DNA from: Flavobacteriales bacterium
Lineage (GTDB): Bacteria; Bacteroidota; Bacteroidia; Palsa-965
NCBI GenBank assembly: GCA_040377305.1
Contig: JBEIPA010000015.1
Coordinates: forward strand, 66,842-130,841
Direction: 5' to 3'
DNA length: 64,000 nt
In this document: in pieces, positions 53,146 through 62,848 of the stretch
Numbering within the stretch: position 1 is the first letter of the stretch
How the letters are laid out: the number at the start of each line of letters is the position of its first letter
The notes under the pieces: model-generated
Told to the model about the DNA's origin: nothing
Databases searched by the model: none
What the model saw: the letters and a program-made list of their open reading frames with translations, nothing else
Translations under genes and position numbers: made by a program

Positions 53146-54414
53146 ATGATCAAGTACGATAAATTTACTCTGGACAACGGCCTCAAGGTAATCGTCCATC
53201 GCGATATTTCAACTCCACTCGCTTGTGTCAACATTCTTTACGATGTAGGTGCGAGAGATGAGGACGAAAACAAAACAGGATTCGCACACCTTTTCGAGCA
53301 TCTCATGTTCGGAGGAAGTGTGAATATTCCTTCTTACGACGAGCCTTTGCAACGCGTAGGTGGAGAGAACAACGCGTTTACTACAAACGACATCACGAAT
53401 TACTACCTCACCCTTCCTGCAGAAAATCTGGAAACAGCAATGTGGTTGGAATCCGATCGCATGTTGAGTCTGGCATTTTCAGAAAAGAGTCTCGAAGTTC
53501 AGCGTGCCGTTGTAATCGAAGAATTCAAACAACGCTATCTCAACCAGCCTTATGGAGATGTTTGGCTGCTGATGCGTCCGCTTACTTACAAAGTGCATCC
53601 GTATCGTTGGGCGACCATTGGTAAGGAAATTAAGCACATTGAAGACGCCGTGATGGACGATGTGAAAGCATTTTTCAAAAAGCACTATTGTCCGAAGAAT
53701 GCCATATTGGTTGTTGCCGGTAATGTAGAAACTGCGCAGGTGAAAGAGCTCGCGGAGAAATGGTTCGGGCCAATTCCTGGTGGAGAAAAGCACAAACGTA
53801 ATCTTCCGGCAGAACCTCGTCAGGAGGAATATCGTAGTGAAACAGTGTACCGCGAAGTTCCATACGATGGCGTGTATATGAACTTTCACATGTGCGCACG
53901 GGACGAGCCGGAATATCAGGCCATGGATTTGATTTCGGATATTCTCTCGAGAGGAAATTCGGCGCGTTTGTATAATCGCCTCGTGAAAGAAGATCGGGTG
54001 TTCAGTGAGCTCAATGCATTTGTAATGGGTGATTCCGACAAAGGAACATTCGTTGTTTCCGGAAAAGTGAATGAAGCTTTCACCACCGAGCAGGCGGAAG
54101 AAGCAGTGTTTGTGGAGCTGAGAAAACTGCAGGAAACATTGGTGGATGATCGCGAGTTGCAGAAAGTAAAAAACAAAGTGGAGTCATCTCACCTGTTTGC
54201 AGAAATGGGTGTGCTCGACAAGTCAATGAATCTTGCATTCTATGAATTGATGGGCGATGCAGAACTCGTAAATACAGAACTGAAGAAATACATGAACGTA
54301 ACCGCAGAGGACATCCGCGCGGTTGCAAAGGAGGTTTTCCGCAAGACGAATTGTTCGACGCTTCATTACAAGCGTGTGGTTAAAGAGTTAACCGGAAATC
54401 AAGTTGCACAATAG
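53146..54414 (+). CDS. M16B zinc peptidase, catalytic subunit
   Basis: GFAHLFEHLMF (HxxEH), NAFTT, LESDRM, VVIEE, HPY. Confidence 0.93.
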   Translation: MIKYDKFTLDNGLKVIVHRDISTPLACVNILYDVGARDEDENKTGFAHLFEHLMFGGSVNIPSYDEPLQRVGGENNAFTTNDITNYYLTLPAENLETAMWLESDRMLSLAFSEKSLEVQRAVVIEEFKQRYLNQPYGDVWLLMRPLTYKVHPYRWATIGKEIKHIEDAVMDDVKAFFKKHYCPKNAILVVAGNVETAQVKELAEKWFGPIPGGEKHKRNLPAEPRQEEYRSETVYREVPYDGVYMNFHMCARDEPEYQAMDLISDILSRGNSARLYNRLVKEDRVFSELNAFVMGDSDKGTFVVSGKVNEAFTTEQAEEAVFVELRKLQETLVDDRELQKVKNKVESSHLFAEMGVLDKSMNLAFYELMGDAELVNTELKKYMNVTAEDIRAVAKEVFRKTNCSTLHYKRVVKELTGNQVAQ

Positions 54415-54483
54415 GAAAACCAGGTAAGCCCTCAAAGGGTTAACCGGGAATCAAGTTATACAATAGTAAACCCTTTGAGGGCT
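54382..54483. repeat. 40-bp imperfect direct repeat with a 15-bp perfect inverted repeat
   Basis: 54382-54421 versus 54434-54473 match at 34/40; AGCCCTCAAAGGGTT (54427-54441) and AACCCTTTGAGGGCT (54469-54483). Confidence 0.85.
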
Positions 54484-55764
54484 ATGGACAGAATAAATGC
54501 ACCGGAATTCAAGCAAGTAACGCAAGTTGATTTGCAGAAGGCGACCGATCACAAACTGGATAATGGTATGCCATTGTACATTGTGAACTCGGGCACGCAG
54601 GAAGTGATGAAGATTGAATTCATTTTCAATGCGGGTATGCGCAACCGTGATTATCCAATGGTGGCGTCAACCGTAAACGACATGCTCGACGAAGGAACCA
54701 CTTCCCGTAACGCCATGGATCTCGCTGAGGAACTCGATTTTTATGGAGCGTTTATCGAGTCGGAGGTTACGCACGACCACGCGATTTTTACGTTGTGGAC
54801 ACTGAACAAGTACCTGGATGAGTCGCTCGCGATCGTGAAAGACATCTTGTTCAATGCTGCATTTCCTGAAATGGAGCTTGGCGTTTATCTCGACAACCGA
54901 AAGCAGAAGTATATCGTCGATTCCGAAAAAGTTTCTACGCTCGCGCGACGTCGGTTTTCAGAATTGTTATTCGGAGAGAAACACGCCTACGGAATTTCGA
55001 CAAAGCCAGAAGACTTTACGCGAATTACGCGCGGAGAGCTTCAGCATTTTCACACGGACTTCTACCACGCGGGTAATGGATGTATTCTCGCTGCGGGAAA
55101 CATTCCGGATACGCTGCAAGGAAAACTGAATCAGTATTTCGGTGGAGCAGAGTGGAAGAAGTCTTCCGGAATTATTACCACCGTTGGATCGGCAGTGTCA
55201 AATACGCAAAGGGAGCATCTGGTAAAGAAAGACGGAGCTATTCAATCTGCGGTGCGTGTTGGAAGAATTCTATTCAATCGTGAACACGCCGATTATCCTG
55301 CCATGCAAGTATTGAATTGTGTGCTCGGCGGCTACTTTGGTTCACGACTCATGGCAAACATACGGGAAGATAAAGGCTACACGTACGGAATTGGTTCTGG
55401 GCTCGCTTCTATGGTCGATGGCGGCTACTTCTACATTTCAACAGAAGTTGGCGTCGATGTTACTGATGCAGCATTGAAAGAAACGTATTTCGAAATCGAG
55501 CGCCTGCAAAATGATTTAGTGACTGCCGATGAGTTGAGCCTCGTTCGCAATTATATGACCGGTGTTTTTCTGCGCAGTACGGACGGACCCTTTGCAATGG
55601 CCGATCGCAAACGTGCTTTGATCGGATACAATCTTGGTTACGATTATTACGATCGATATCTCGAAACGGTTCGTACTGTTTCCGCGAATGAACTGCGGGA
55701 TCTGGCGCAAAAGTATCTGCAAAAGAAAGACCTTATTGAATTGGTTGCTGGAGACAGGAAGTGA
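54484..55764 (+). CDS. M16B peptidase, non-catalytic partner subunit
   Basis: No HxxEH; EGT...LDFYGA; LGGYFGSRLMANIREDKGYTYG (R/Y pair); start at ATG 54484. Confidence 0.9.
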   Translation: MDRINAPEFKQVTQVDLQKATDHKLDNGMPLYIVNSGTQEVMKIEFIFNAGMRNRDYPMVASTVNDMLDEGTTSRNAMDLAEELDFYGAFIESEVTHDHAIFTLWTLNKYLDESLAIVKDILFNAAFPEMELGVYLDNRKQKYIVDSEKVSTLARRRFSELLFGEKHAYGISTKPEDFTRITRGELQHFHTDFYHAGNGCILAAGNIPDTLQGKLNQYFGGAEWKKSSGIITTVGSAVSNTQREHLVKKDGAIQSAVRVGRILFNREHADYPAMQVLNCVLGGYFGSRLMANIREDKGYTYGIGSGLASMVDGGYFYISTEVGVDVTDAALKETYFEIERLQNDLVTADELSLVRNYMTGVFLRSTDGPFAMADRKRALIGYNLGYDYYDRYLETVRTVSANELRDLAQKYLQKKDLIELVAGDRK

Positions 55765-55789
55765 GACTATTGCGGCAATAAGAAAGAAC

Positions 55790-57379
55790 ATGGCAGTAAC
55801 GCCCAAACAAATTGAGAAATTCCGCTCATTCATTCTGAATTGTGATGCAGCATCCTGCAATCTGTTTCTGGAGAAAGCCGAGACCTTTCAGTTCGCCAAT
55901 GTAAAATCACTTGTTGCATTTCATGACGCGTTGTTATTACTTGAGGCTTATCCCTCTTCCGGGGAACTTTATGATCGTGCGAACAATCTGCTTCGGAATT
56001 TCGAAGTGCTTACGAAACGTTTTCTTCGGAAGAATAAATCGGCCCTCGCAAAACTGATCAATTCCGGGCTGAAGGGTACGGAAGCGCAAGGATCATTCAC
56101 TTATCCATTGCTTAAAAAGCTGTGTAAGTTTTCACCGGGGTCGGTTTACCTGCATTCGTTTGATGAGCAAGGAAAGCCTTTAAGTGAAGTGCTCAAACAT
56201 TTTCTGCCTAAAACAGAATTCGAAATACTTGAGGCCGGCTACAACAATGATGAATTACTGAACGAGCTTTTCGGTAAACAGAATCACCTGATTTCATTAA
56301 TCAATTCGTTAGGAGCTATTGGGTTGCCCGAGTCACTTCGCGATGCAATGTTTGATGAGCTCAAAGCATTTGCAGGAATTCGTTTCGATGGAAAAATTCC
56401 GGAACGATCTGTTGCACGTGGAATAGCTTCGCAGATTTTTATTCATGAAGAAGTTCAGAAGAAAGCCGATCCGCTGGAAGTAGTTAATCGCGAATTACCT
56501 GTTCCACTTAATCTTTCACTCGAACAGGAGAAAAAACTGGTGATTGATTGCGCTGCCATGCTTGCGTCGCTCAACCGTGAAACAGATCCGATTTCCTTGT
56601 GTGATGAACGTGGTGTTACTTATTTTGAGTTGGAACGCGGAGTGAGTGTTGCCTTGTTCAGCATGAAGGCGAACAGAAGGTTGCCGTTGGATTCATACGT
56701 TGGTTATGTCTTATTTAAGAATGGAGTACCTCATGCGTATGGCGGATCCTGGCTGTATGGAAACCGGGCATTGTTCGGGATCAACATCTTTGAACCATTT
56801 CGCGGTGGTGAATCTTCATTGACCCTATTGCAATTGCTTCGCGTGTATCGTCAGTATTTTGGAGTTTCTGCATTCAGTGTAGAACCCTATCAATATGGAA
56901 AGGATAACCCGGAAGGAATCGAGTCAGGCGCATACTGGTTCTATTACAAAATGGGATTCCGCTCCGACGATCATAAGCTCGCAACGTTGGCTGAGAGTGA
57001 ATCGGGGAAGATGAGGAAATCAAAATCTTACCGTAGTTCTGCTTCCACTTTGAAGAAGTTTACGGAGTCACACATAACGTGGAAGATTGACCATGTAAAA
57101 GTGTTGCCAAATCCGGCGGAGGTAAGTCGCGCTACTTCGGAATTCATCCGCAAACATTACAACGGTAATCGGGAAAAATGCATTCTTGATCTTTTGCAGT
57201 TTCACGGATTGCAGCGCGGGGATGTTCCGGATGAATTTCTCGTGACTTTCTTGTGGCAGAAAAGTCCGGTTGTTTCGAGACTGTATGTGAATATGGTGAA
57301 ACAACTTGCGGCTGCAAAGCTGACAAATGAGCGACAATACAACCAGATTTTACTTCACTTGTACGCTGAAATTCAATAA
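55790..57379 (+). CDS. Hypothetical protein with a possible GNAT-like C-terminal region
   Basis: Long ORF, probable ATG 55790; motif-dense block KNGVPHAYGG, GINIFEPFRGGES, PYQYG..NPEGIESGAYWFYYKMGFR. Confidence 0.65.
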   Translation: MAVTPKQIEKFRSFILNCDAASCNLFLEKAETFQFANVKSLVAFHDALLLLEAYPSSGELYDRANNLLRNFEVLTKRFLRKNKSALAKLINSGLKGTEAQGSFTYPLLKKLCKFSPGSVYLHSFDEQGKPLSEVLKHFLPKTEFEILEAGYNNDELLNELFGKQNHLISLINSLGAIGLPESLRDAMFDELKAFAGIRFDGKIPERSVARGIASQIFIHEEVQKKADPLEVVNRELPVPLNLSLEQEKKLVIDCAAMLASLNRETDPISLCDERGVTYFELERGVSVALFSMKANRRLPLDSYVGYVLFKNGVPHAYGGSWLYGNRALFGINIFEPFRGGESSLTLLQLLRVYRQYFGVSAFSVEPYQYGKDNPEGIESGAYWFYYKMGFRSDDHKLATLAESESGKMRKSKSYRSSASTLKKFTESHITWKIDHVKVLPNPAEVSRATSEFIRKHYNGNREKCILDLLQFHGLQRGDVPDEFLVTFLWQKSPVVSRLYVNMVKQLAAAKLTNERQYNQILLHLYAEIQ

Positions 57380-57448
57380 GTTAACCACTTATCAAACTTC
57401 ATATTTTCTGCACGAAATAGGCGTATCTTTACGTGTAGTGCACATCAA

Positions 57449-60400
57449 ATGCGAGTGAATAACCTCATCCTGAAGTACATCGCGGCAATCTCGATTTGTT
57501 TTCTCCTAATTGCGGAGAAGGCGAATGCAGCTCATTTAATGGGCGGAGAAATTACGTGGACATGTCAAGGCGGCGGACAATTTATTTTCACGCTCAAATT
57601 GTATCGTGATTGCAATCAAGTTTCGCTTGGAAACACGCAAGTGCTGAATGTGGACAATCATCCGATCATTGGGCAGATTCAATTGAATCAGGTTTCACAA
57701 ATTGATATTTCTCCAATCTGTAATCCGCTAGGCCCTGCAATATCCTGCGCAGCGCCTGGTCCTGGTGCAGTAGAAGAATTTATTTTCCAATCGGCTCCCG
57801 TAACACTTAACGGAACACCTCCTGCAGCAGGATGGATTTTTAGTTTCACTACTTGCTGTCGTAACGCTTCTCTCACCAATATTAATAATGGCGCCGGTCA
57901 GGGAATGACATTGCGTTCTATCATGTATCCGTACAATGCGAATAACATGAATCCGTGTTACGACAATTCGCCGGATTTTCTTGAGCGACCAGCTGTGATT
58001 CTTTGTGCGGGCGTACAATTTTCTTACAATCAAAACGCTGTTGACTTAGAATTGGATTCGCTCTCTTATTCATGGGCAGAACCACTTGACGACACCGTGA
58101 TTGGACAGCCAGCCTGGAATCCTCCTTTCAGCCCGAATTTTCTTCCGTGGAATCCTGGTTTCTCGTCAACAAGCCCGCTTCCTGGTCCGTCATTAAATGC
58201 GAATAACGTTCCAGCTACAATTGATCCAGTTACCGGACAGATTGATTTCACATCTTTCACAACTGGAAATTTCGTGACCTGTATCAAAGTGGAAGCATGG
58301 AAATGCGGTCAACTTGTGGCAGAAATTTATCGTGAGATGCAGGTCATCGTTCTCGCTTGCGGAAACAATTCTCCACCCACTGTAGCACCGCCGCTTAATG
58401 GCGGAACAACATTCTCAGATACGGTTTACGCAGGTGCAGTTGTCAATTTTCAATTGTGCGGCACTGATTTCGATTTGCTTTCGAATGGAAATCCGCAGTC
58501 GGTTACAATCACGGCATCAGGAAACCAATTCGGAACAGGATTTACGAATGCAGCAGCCGGATGTTTGAATCCTCCTTGCGCAACACTCACGCCACCACCT
58601 CCGGTTTCATCGCCGGTTACGTCGTGCACAGATTTCAACTGGCAAACGTCATGTAACCACATTAACACAACTAATCCGTGTTATGTGGGATCCAACGTCT
58701 ACAACTTCGTGTTTCAGGCGAAAGATGATTTCTGTCCCGCACCGGCATCGAAATTTGTAACGATTTCAATTACCGTTCTTTCTACTCCTCCGGTGATGTC
58801 GCCGAACGTGCATTGTCTCGCCGTGCAACCAAACGGAGACGTGCTGTTGACATGGGATCAACCGCTTGATACCGCGAACACATTCAATAGCTATCACGTG
58901 TTCAGTTCTACAAATCCAGCTGGGCCGTTTACGATCGTCGATTCGATTTTCAATTACAATCAGCTTACGTACACGCACGTTGGTGCGAATGCAAACTCGG
59001 GACCTGTTTATTACACGGTACAAACACGTGCAGGTTGCGCAGGCATGCAGTTCTGGCCTCCGCTCGACACCATGAGTACGATTTTCCTGCAGGTGACGAA
59101 TAACAATAATGGAACTGCAACGCTCAATTGGAATAACATTGCTGTTCCATCACCTGGATCACAGTTCGGTCAGTTCCTGATTTACCGGGAATATCCGACG
59201 GGCGTTTGGACATTGCTCGATTCAACTACGCTACTCACGTATATGGATACCATTGCTGTGTGTAGCTCTCAGGTGAATTACAGAATTGAAATTTACGATA
59301 CGCTTGGATGCTGGTCGGTTTCGAATGTTCAAGGCGATTTATTCCAGGATCCGACTATACCCGCAATTCCGGCTATTGATTCTGTTTCAGTGGATGCATT
59401 CGGAAATGCGCTTGTGGGTTGGCAACCGAGTACCACTGGCGACGTTGTAGGATACGTGGTGTATCAATTCATCAATGGTATCTGGACGGCAGTAGACACG
59501 TTGTATGGAATCAATAATACCTCGTACAACAACCTTATTTCGAATGCGGACCTGCAATCGGAAGAATACGTTATTGCTGCGTTTGATTCGTGCGGAAATA
59601 TTACGGCGTATAGCCCGGTACATCACACGCTGTTTGTAACGACGTATGTCAACATTTGTAATGCCACATGTTATCTGACCTGGAACGATTACATCAACAT
59701 GAATCCCGGTGTTGCAGGATTCAGCGTCTATATGAGTGTCAATAACGGACCATTCTCACTTTTGGGTACCACTGCAGCAAACGACTTTACATTCGAACAT
59801 GTTGGATTGATTCAGAATTCAACCTATTGTTATTACGTGGTTGCGAACAATTTACCGGGTGCAATTTCATCAACATCGAACACCGTTTGCGTTTTCTCTT
59901 CTGTTCCGCAGCAACCTGCTTACCAGTATCTGCGTGTAGTAACTGTGAGCAATCCAAATGAAGTAACGTTGATTGGTTACGTTGACAACTCAGCGGATAT
60001 TCAGGGTTACAACGTCATGCGTGCCGATACGAATATCGGTCCGTTTGCGCAAATTGGATTTATTCCGTTTAATCTGCAGACGACTGTTACGTATGTGGAC
60101 AATACGGCGATGACTGAACAACAGAGCTACTACTATCAACTTGTTGCAGTAGACAGCTGCGGGCATCCAAGTGTTTCATCGAATGTGAGCCGTACTATTT
60201 ATTGTAAAGCTCAAGCGAACTCGAACTTTACGAATACGGTTACATGGAACGATTATGAATCGTGGCTGGGTACGGTAGATTACTACAACATTTACCGTTA
60301 CATCGACGGAGTATTTGATCCAACACCGATAGCAACTGTCCCGTTCACCGGATCTGGTTACAACATGTATGTGGATGATGTGAGTGCGTTTTCACCTTCA

Positions 60401-60784
60401 TCCATCGGATTGTTCTCTTACGTTGTGCAGGCAGAAGAAGGTCCAGGTAATTTCTACCTGTACACCGATAGCAGCTTCTCAAATCTTGCAGAAGCACCGC
60501 AACTGCCATTGGTTTATGTGCCGAATGCATTCACGCCAAACAACAACGGCAACAACGACATCTTCATTCCGTCAACAGGTTTTGTTGATGTGGAGGATTA
60601 TCAGTTCCGTGTGTTTGACCGTTGGGGCGAACAGATTTTCTCTACTACCGATCGCACTGTAGGGTGGGATGGGAAAATCGGAACGAACAAATGTGAAGCA
60701 GAAGTTTACGTTTGGTCACTTACGTTCAAGACGGCAACCGGTCAGTTTATTGATATGGTTGGAACGGTTGCTCTTATCCGTTAG
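57449..60784 (+). CDS. Large secreted protein with gliding-motility-associated (CHU_C, T9SS type B) C-terminal domain
   Basis: AHLMGGEITW, LYRDC, CCRN, FN3/Ig-like repeats, YVPNAFTPN..G.ND.F, FDRWGE, GWDG, G.VALIR. Confidence 0.92.
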   Translation: MRVNNLILKYIAAISICFLLIAEKANAAHLMGGEITWTCQGGGQFIFTLKLYRDCNQVSLGNTQVLNVDNHPIIGQIQLNQVSQIDISPICNPLGPAISCAAPGPGAVEEFIFQSAPVTLNGTPPAAGWIFSFTTCCRNASLTNINNGAGQGMTLRSIMYPYNANNMNPCYDNSPDFLERPAVILCAGVQFSYNQNAVDLELDSLSYSWAEPLDDTVIGQPAWNPPFSPNFLPWNPGFSSTSPLPGPSLNANNVPATIDPVTGQIDFTSFTTGNFVTCIKVEAWKCGQLVAEIYREMQVIVLACGNNSPPTVAPPLNGGTTFSDTVYAGAVVNFQLCGTDFDLLSNGNPQSVTITASGNQFGTGFTNAAAGCLNPPCATLTPPPPVSSPVTSCTDFNWQTSCNHINTTNPCYVGSNVYNFVFQAKDDFCPAPASKFVTISITVLSTPPVMSPNVHCLAVQPNGDVLLTWDQPLDTANTFNSYHVFSSTNPAGPFTIVDSIFNYNQLTYTHVGANANSGPVYYTVQTRAGCAGMQFWPPLDTMSTIFLQVTNNNNGTATLNWNNIAVPSPGSQFGQFLIYREYPTGVWTLLDSTTLLTYMDTIAVCSSQVNYRIEIYDTLGCWSVSNVQGDLFQDPTIPAIPAIDSVSVDAFGNALVGWQPSTTGDVVGYVVYQFINGIWTAVDTLYGINNTSYNNLISNADLQSEEYVIAAFDSCGNITAYSPVHHTLFVTTYVNICNATCYLTWNDYINMNPGVAGFSVYMSVNNGPFSLLGTTAANDFTFEHVGLIQNSTYCYYVVANNLPGAISSTSNTVCVFSSVPQQPAYQYLRVVTVSNPNEVTLIGYVDNSADIQGYNVMRADTNIGPFAQIGFIPFNLQTTVTYVDNTAMTEQQSYYYQLVAVDSCGHPSVSSNVSRTIYCKAQANSNFTNTVTWNDYESWLGTVDYYNIYRYIDGVFDPTPIATVPFTGSGYNMYVDDVSAFSPSSIGLFSYVVQAEEGPGNFYLYTDSSFSNLAEAPQLPLVYVPNAFTPNNNGNNDIFIPSTGFVDVEDYQFRVFDRWGEQIFSTTDRTVGWDGKIGTNKCEAEVYVWSLTFKTATGQFIDMVGTVALIR

Positions 60785-60791
60785 TCCTTAT

Positions 60792-60882
60792 AATCACACA
60801 GAATCATAGCTTACGTATTGAAGGAAGGCACCCCGCGATCATAGAACACGCAAAAAAAATCTATGATTCTATGTGGTAAAAT
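60792..60882. repeat. Inverted arms between convergent genes
   Basis: cacacagaatcatag ... ctatgattctatgtg. Confidence 0.65.
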
Positions 60883-62291
60883 CAGAAGCGTATACCGCAA
60901 ACCAGAATGTCATCGGTCTGTTCGTTGCTACCGATCCATGAAGTAATTGTGTCGGTCAGTTTCAACTTCTGCTCCGGCATAGGTAATCTGTTTACGCTGA
61001 GCATCAATTCGCGGAAACGTTTGATCATGAATTTCTTGTTGTCAGGTCCGCCGAACTGATCGATGTAGCCGTCGGTGAACATATAAAGCAGATCATCGTC
61101 TTGATACTGAATGGTGATTTCTTCAAATGATTTTGTTCCGCTACGCATTCCGCCGATCGAGAACTTACTGCCTTTCAATTCGGTGATTGCATTGTTGCGT
61201 ACAAAGAATGCCGTTCGTTTCGCCGATGTGTAAATGAACTCGCGCTTCGATTTATTTACGCGAATGAGAGAAAGATCCATTCCGTCCTGAACTTCGGAAT
61301 AGCGCGCATGATCCTGCTTCAGTGTTTCATTGATTCGCTGATCGAGTTGAAGAAGAATCTGCGCGGGGGAAGTGATATTATTCTCTTTCACCACCTGCGT
61401 GAGAATGTTGCTCCCGATTACAGTCATGAACGCACCCGGAACACCATGTCCGGTACAATCGGCTACTGCAAGGATGTAGCTGTCGCGATCGATCTCGTGG
61501 TACCAGTAAAAATCTCCGCTTACAATGTCGCGAGGCTGGTAGAGGAAGAAGGAAAGAGGAATTCCGCGCGTTACAATTTCTTCGTGCGGCAAAACAGCAA
61601 GCTGAATTTTCTTTGCGTAATTGATGCTGGCAACGATATCTTCTTTCTGCGATTCAAGTTCTTTCTTTTGGATGTCGACTTCGGCCTTTGAAGTGCGCAA
61701 CTCAGTCAGAAATTTTCGTTTAGATGAATCGTACATCCAAATGATCAGTAAAATGAATCCGGCACCTAGTACATAATTGAAAAGCGGATAGTATGTACCT
61801 AATTGTGTGGCATCAGCAAGAAAATCGTGATCACTATTTTCCATTGCATAATGCATACCAATGAATGTAATAATTGTGATACCAATCCAAATGGTTCCAC
61901 TCCAGCGATCGGCTACAAGGAATACCCAGGCAGAGATGACAATTCCCCACAGCAGATCGGTTGACCAAAGTCCGCCACCAAACAGGTAAGTCTGGTAATT
62001 GCTTGTGTAACCCATCACGGTCATTACGTTGACGAGCAGAATACGTAGTCCCCACTTTTTATAGACGTAGAGCAGCGAGAAAATGGCGGCAGAAAAAGCG
62101 ATGTTAGACCAGAAGATTCCCTGGTTGTCCGCAAGTTGAGCGGGCACCAGAAAAACATAATAGGGCACCGCGATAAACGTCAATAAAAAGAACAGGAATG
62201 TAGAGAGAATAAAATATCTCCCTTGCATTTTCTTCTCCGGATCAAGAGCGTCCTTGGGATTGAGGAAATGGGCAACGAAACGGTTAATCAT
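60882..62291 (-). CDS. Multi-TM sensor with SpoIIE/PP2C phosphatase domain
   Basis: About 6 TM helices, coiled coil, YAKKIQ, DIVSGDFYW, DCTGHGVPGAFM, DGMD, TDGYIDQFGG, DDIL. Confidence 0.92.
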   Translation of the reverse strand: MINRFVAHFLNPKDALDPEKKMQGRYFILSTFLFFLLTFIAVPYYVFLVPAQLADNQGIFWSNIAFSAAIFSLLYVYKKWGLRILLVNVMTVMGYTSNYQTYLFGGGLWSTDLLWGIVISAWVFLVADRWSGTIWIGITIITFIGMHYAMENSDHDFLADATQLGTYYPLFNYVLGAGFILLIIWMYDSSKRKFLTELRTSKAEVDIQKKELESQKEDIVASINYAKKIQLAVLPHEEIVTRGIPLSFFLYQPRDIVSGDFYWYHEIDRDSYILAVADCTGHGVPGAFMTVIGSNILTQVVKENNITSPAQILLQLDQRINETLKQDHARYSEVQDGMDLSLIRVNKSKREFIYTSAKRTAFFVRNNAITELKGSKFSIGGMRSGTKSFEEITIQYQDDDLLYMFTDGYIDQFGGPDNKKFMIKRFRELMLSVNRLPMPEQKLKLTDTITSWIGSNEQTDDILVCGIRF

Positions 62292-62353
62292 GTGGGGTTG
62301 TCGAAGATATGAAATCGGCCTTATAGTCGTGCAGTCAATTAGTTGGCAGTCCG

Positions 62354-62361
62354 TAGATTTG
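62354..62361 (+). promoter_or_regulatory. Bacteroidota -7 promoter element TAGATTTG
   Basis: Exact consensus 4 nt before ATG 62366. Confidence 0.6.
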
Positions 62362-62365
62362 CAGG

Positions 62366-62692
62366 ATGAACTGGATTATCCTTATTGTCGCTGGACTATT
62401 TGAAACGGGTTTTGCTGCATGTTTGGGCAAAATGAAGGAGACAAGCGGTTCTGCCTATTACTGGTGGCTCGCTGGATTCCTGGTGTGTTTGTGCGTGAGC
62501 ATGGAATTGTTATACGTCGCAACCAAATCATTGCCTATCGGAACTGCCTACGCTGTGTGGACCGGAATTGGAGCGGTAGGAACTGTGATCGTTGGAATTA
62601 TTTTCTTTAAGGAGCCGGTACATTTCTGGAGAATATTTTTTCTCTTCACGCTTATCGCCTCCATAGTAGGGCTGAAAGTCTTCTCGAAGTAG
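62366..62692 (+). CDS. sugE: SMR family exporter (SugE/Gdx-like)
   Basis: W..L..AGLFE, LPIGTAYAVWTGIGAVG, F.E, GLK; 4 TM. Confidence 0.88.
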   Translation: MNWIILIVAGLFETGFAACLGKMKETSGSAYYWWLAGFLVCLCVSMELLYVATKSLPIGTAYAVWTGIGAVGTVIVGIIFFKEPVHFWRIFFLFTLIASIVGLKVFSK

Positions 62693-62806
62693 TTACCATC
62701 CTTCGTTTCAATTTCGTCAAGCATCGAATTTCGCAATCGTTTCGCTTGGGTATCCGTTAAGTAATTAAACGTACTGTGAATACGGGTAAATATCCGATGA
62801 CACAGC

Positions 62807-62845
62807 AAAACGAAGCAGCTCTCTCTAACGGGAAGCTGCTTCGTT
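62807..62845 (-). terminator. Intrinsic terminator downstream of the PhzF-like gene
   Basis: AACGAAGCAGCT (62809-62820) and AGCTGCTTCGTT (62834-62845), a perfect 12-bp stem. Confidence 0.75.
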
Positions 62846-62848
62846 GCT

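Noticed and set aside
62292-62365. Guanidine riboswitch upstream of sugE/gdx
   Set aside because: The 74-nt gap holds two divergent promoter motifs, has no twin ACGR hairpins, and leaves no room for a leader
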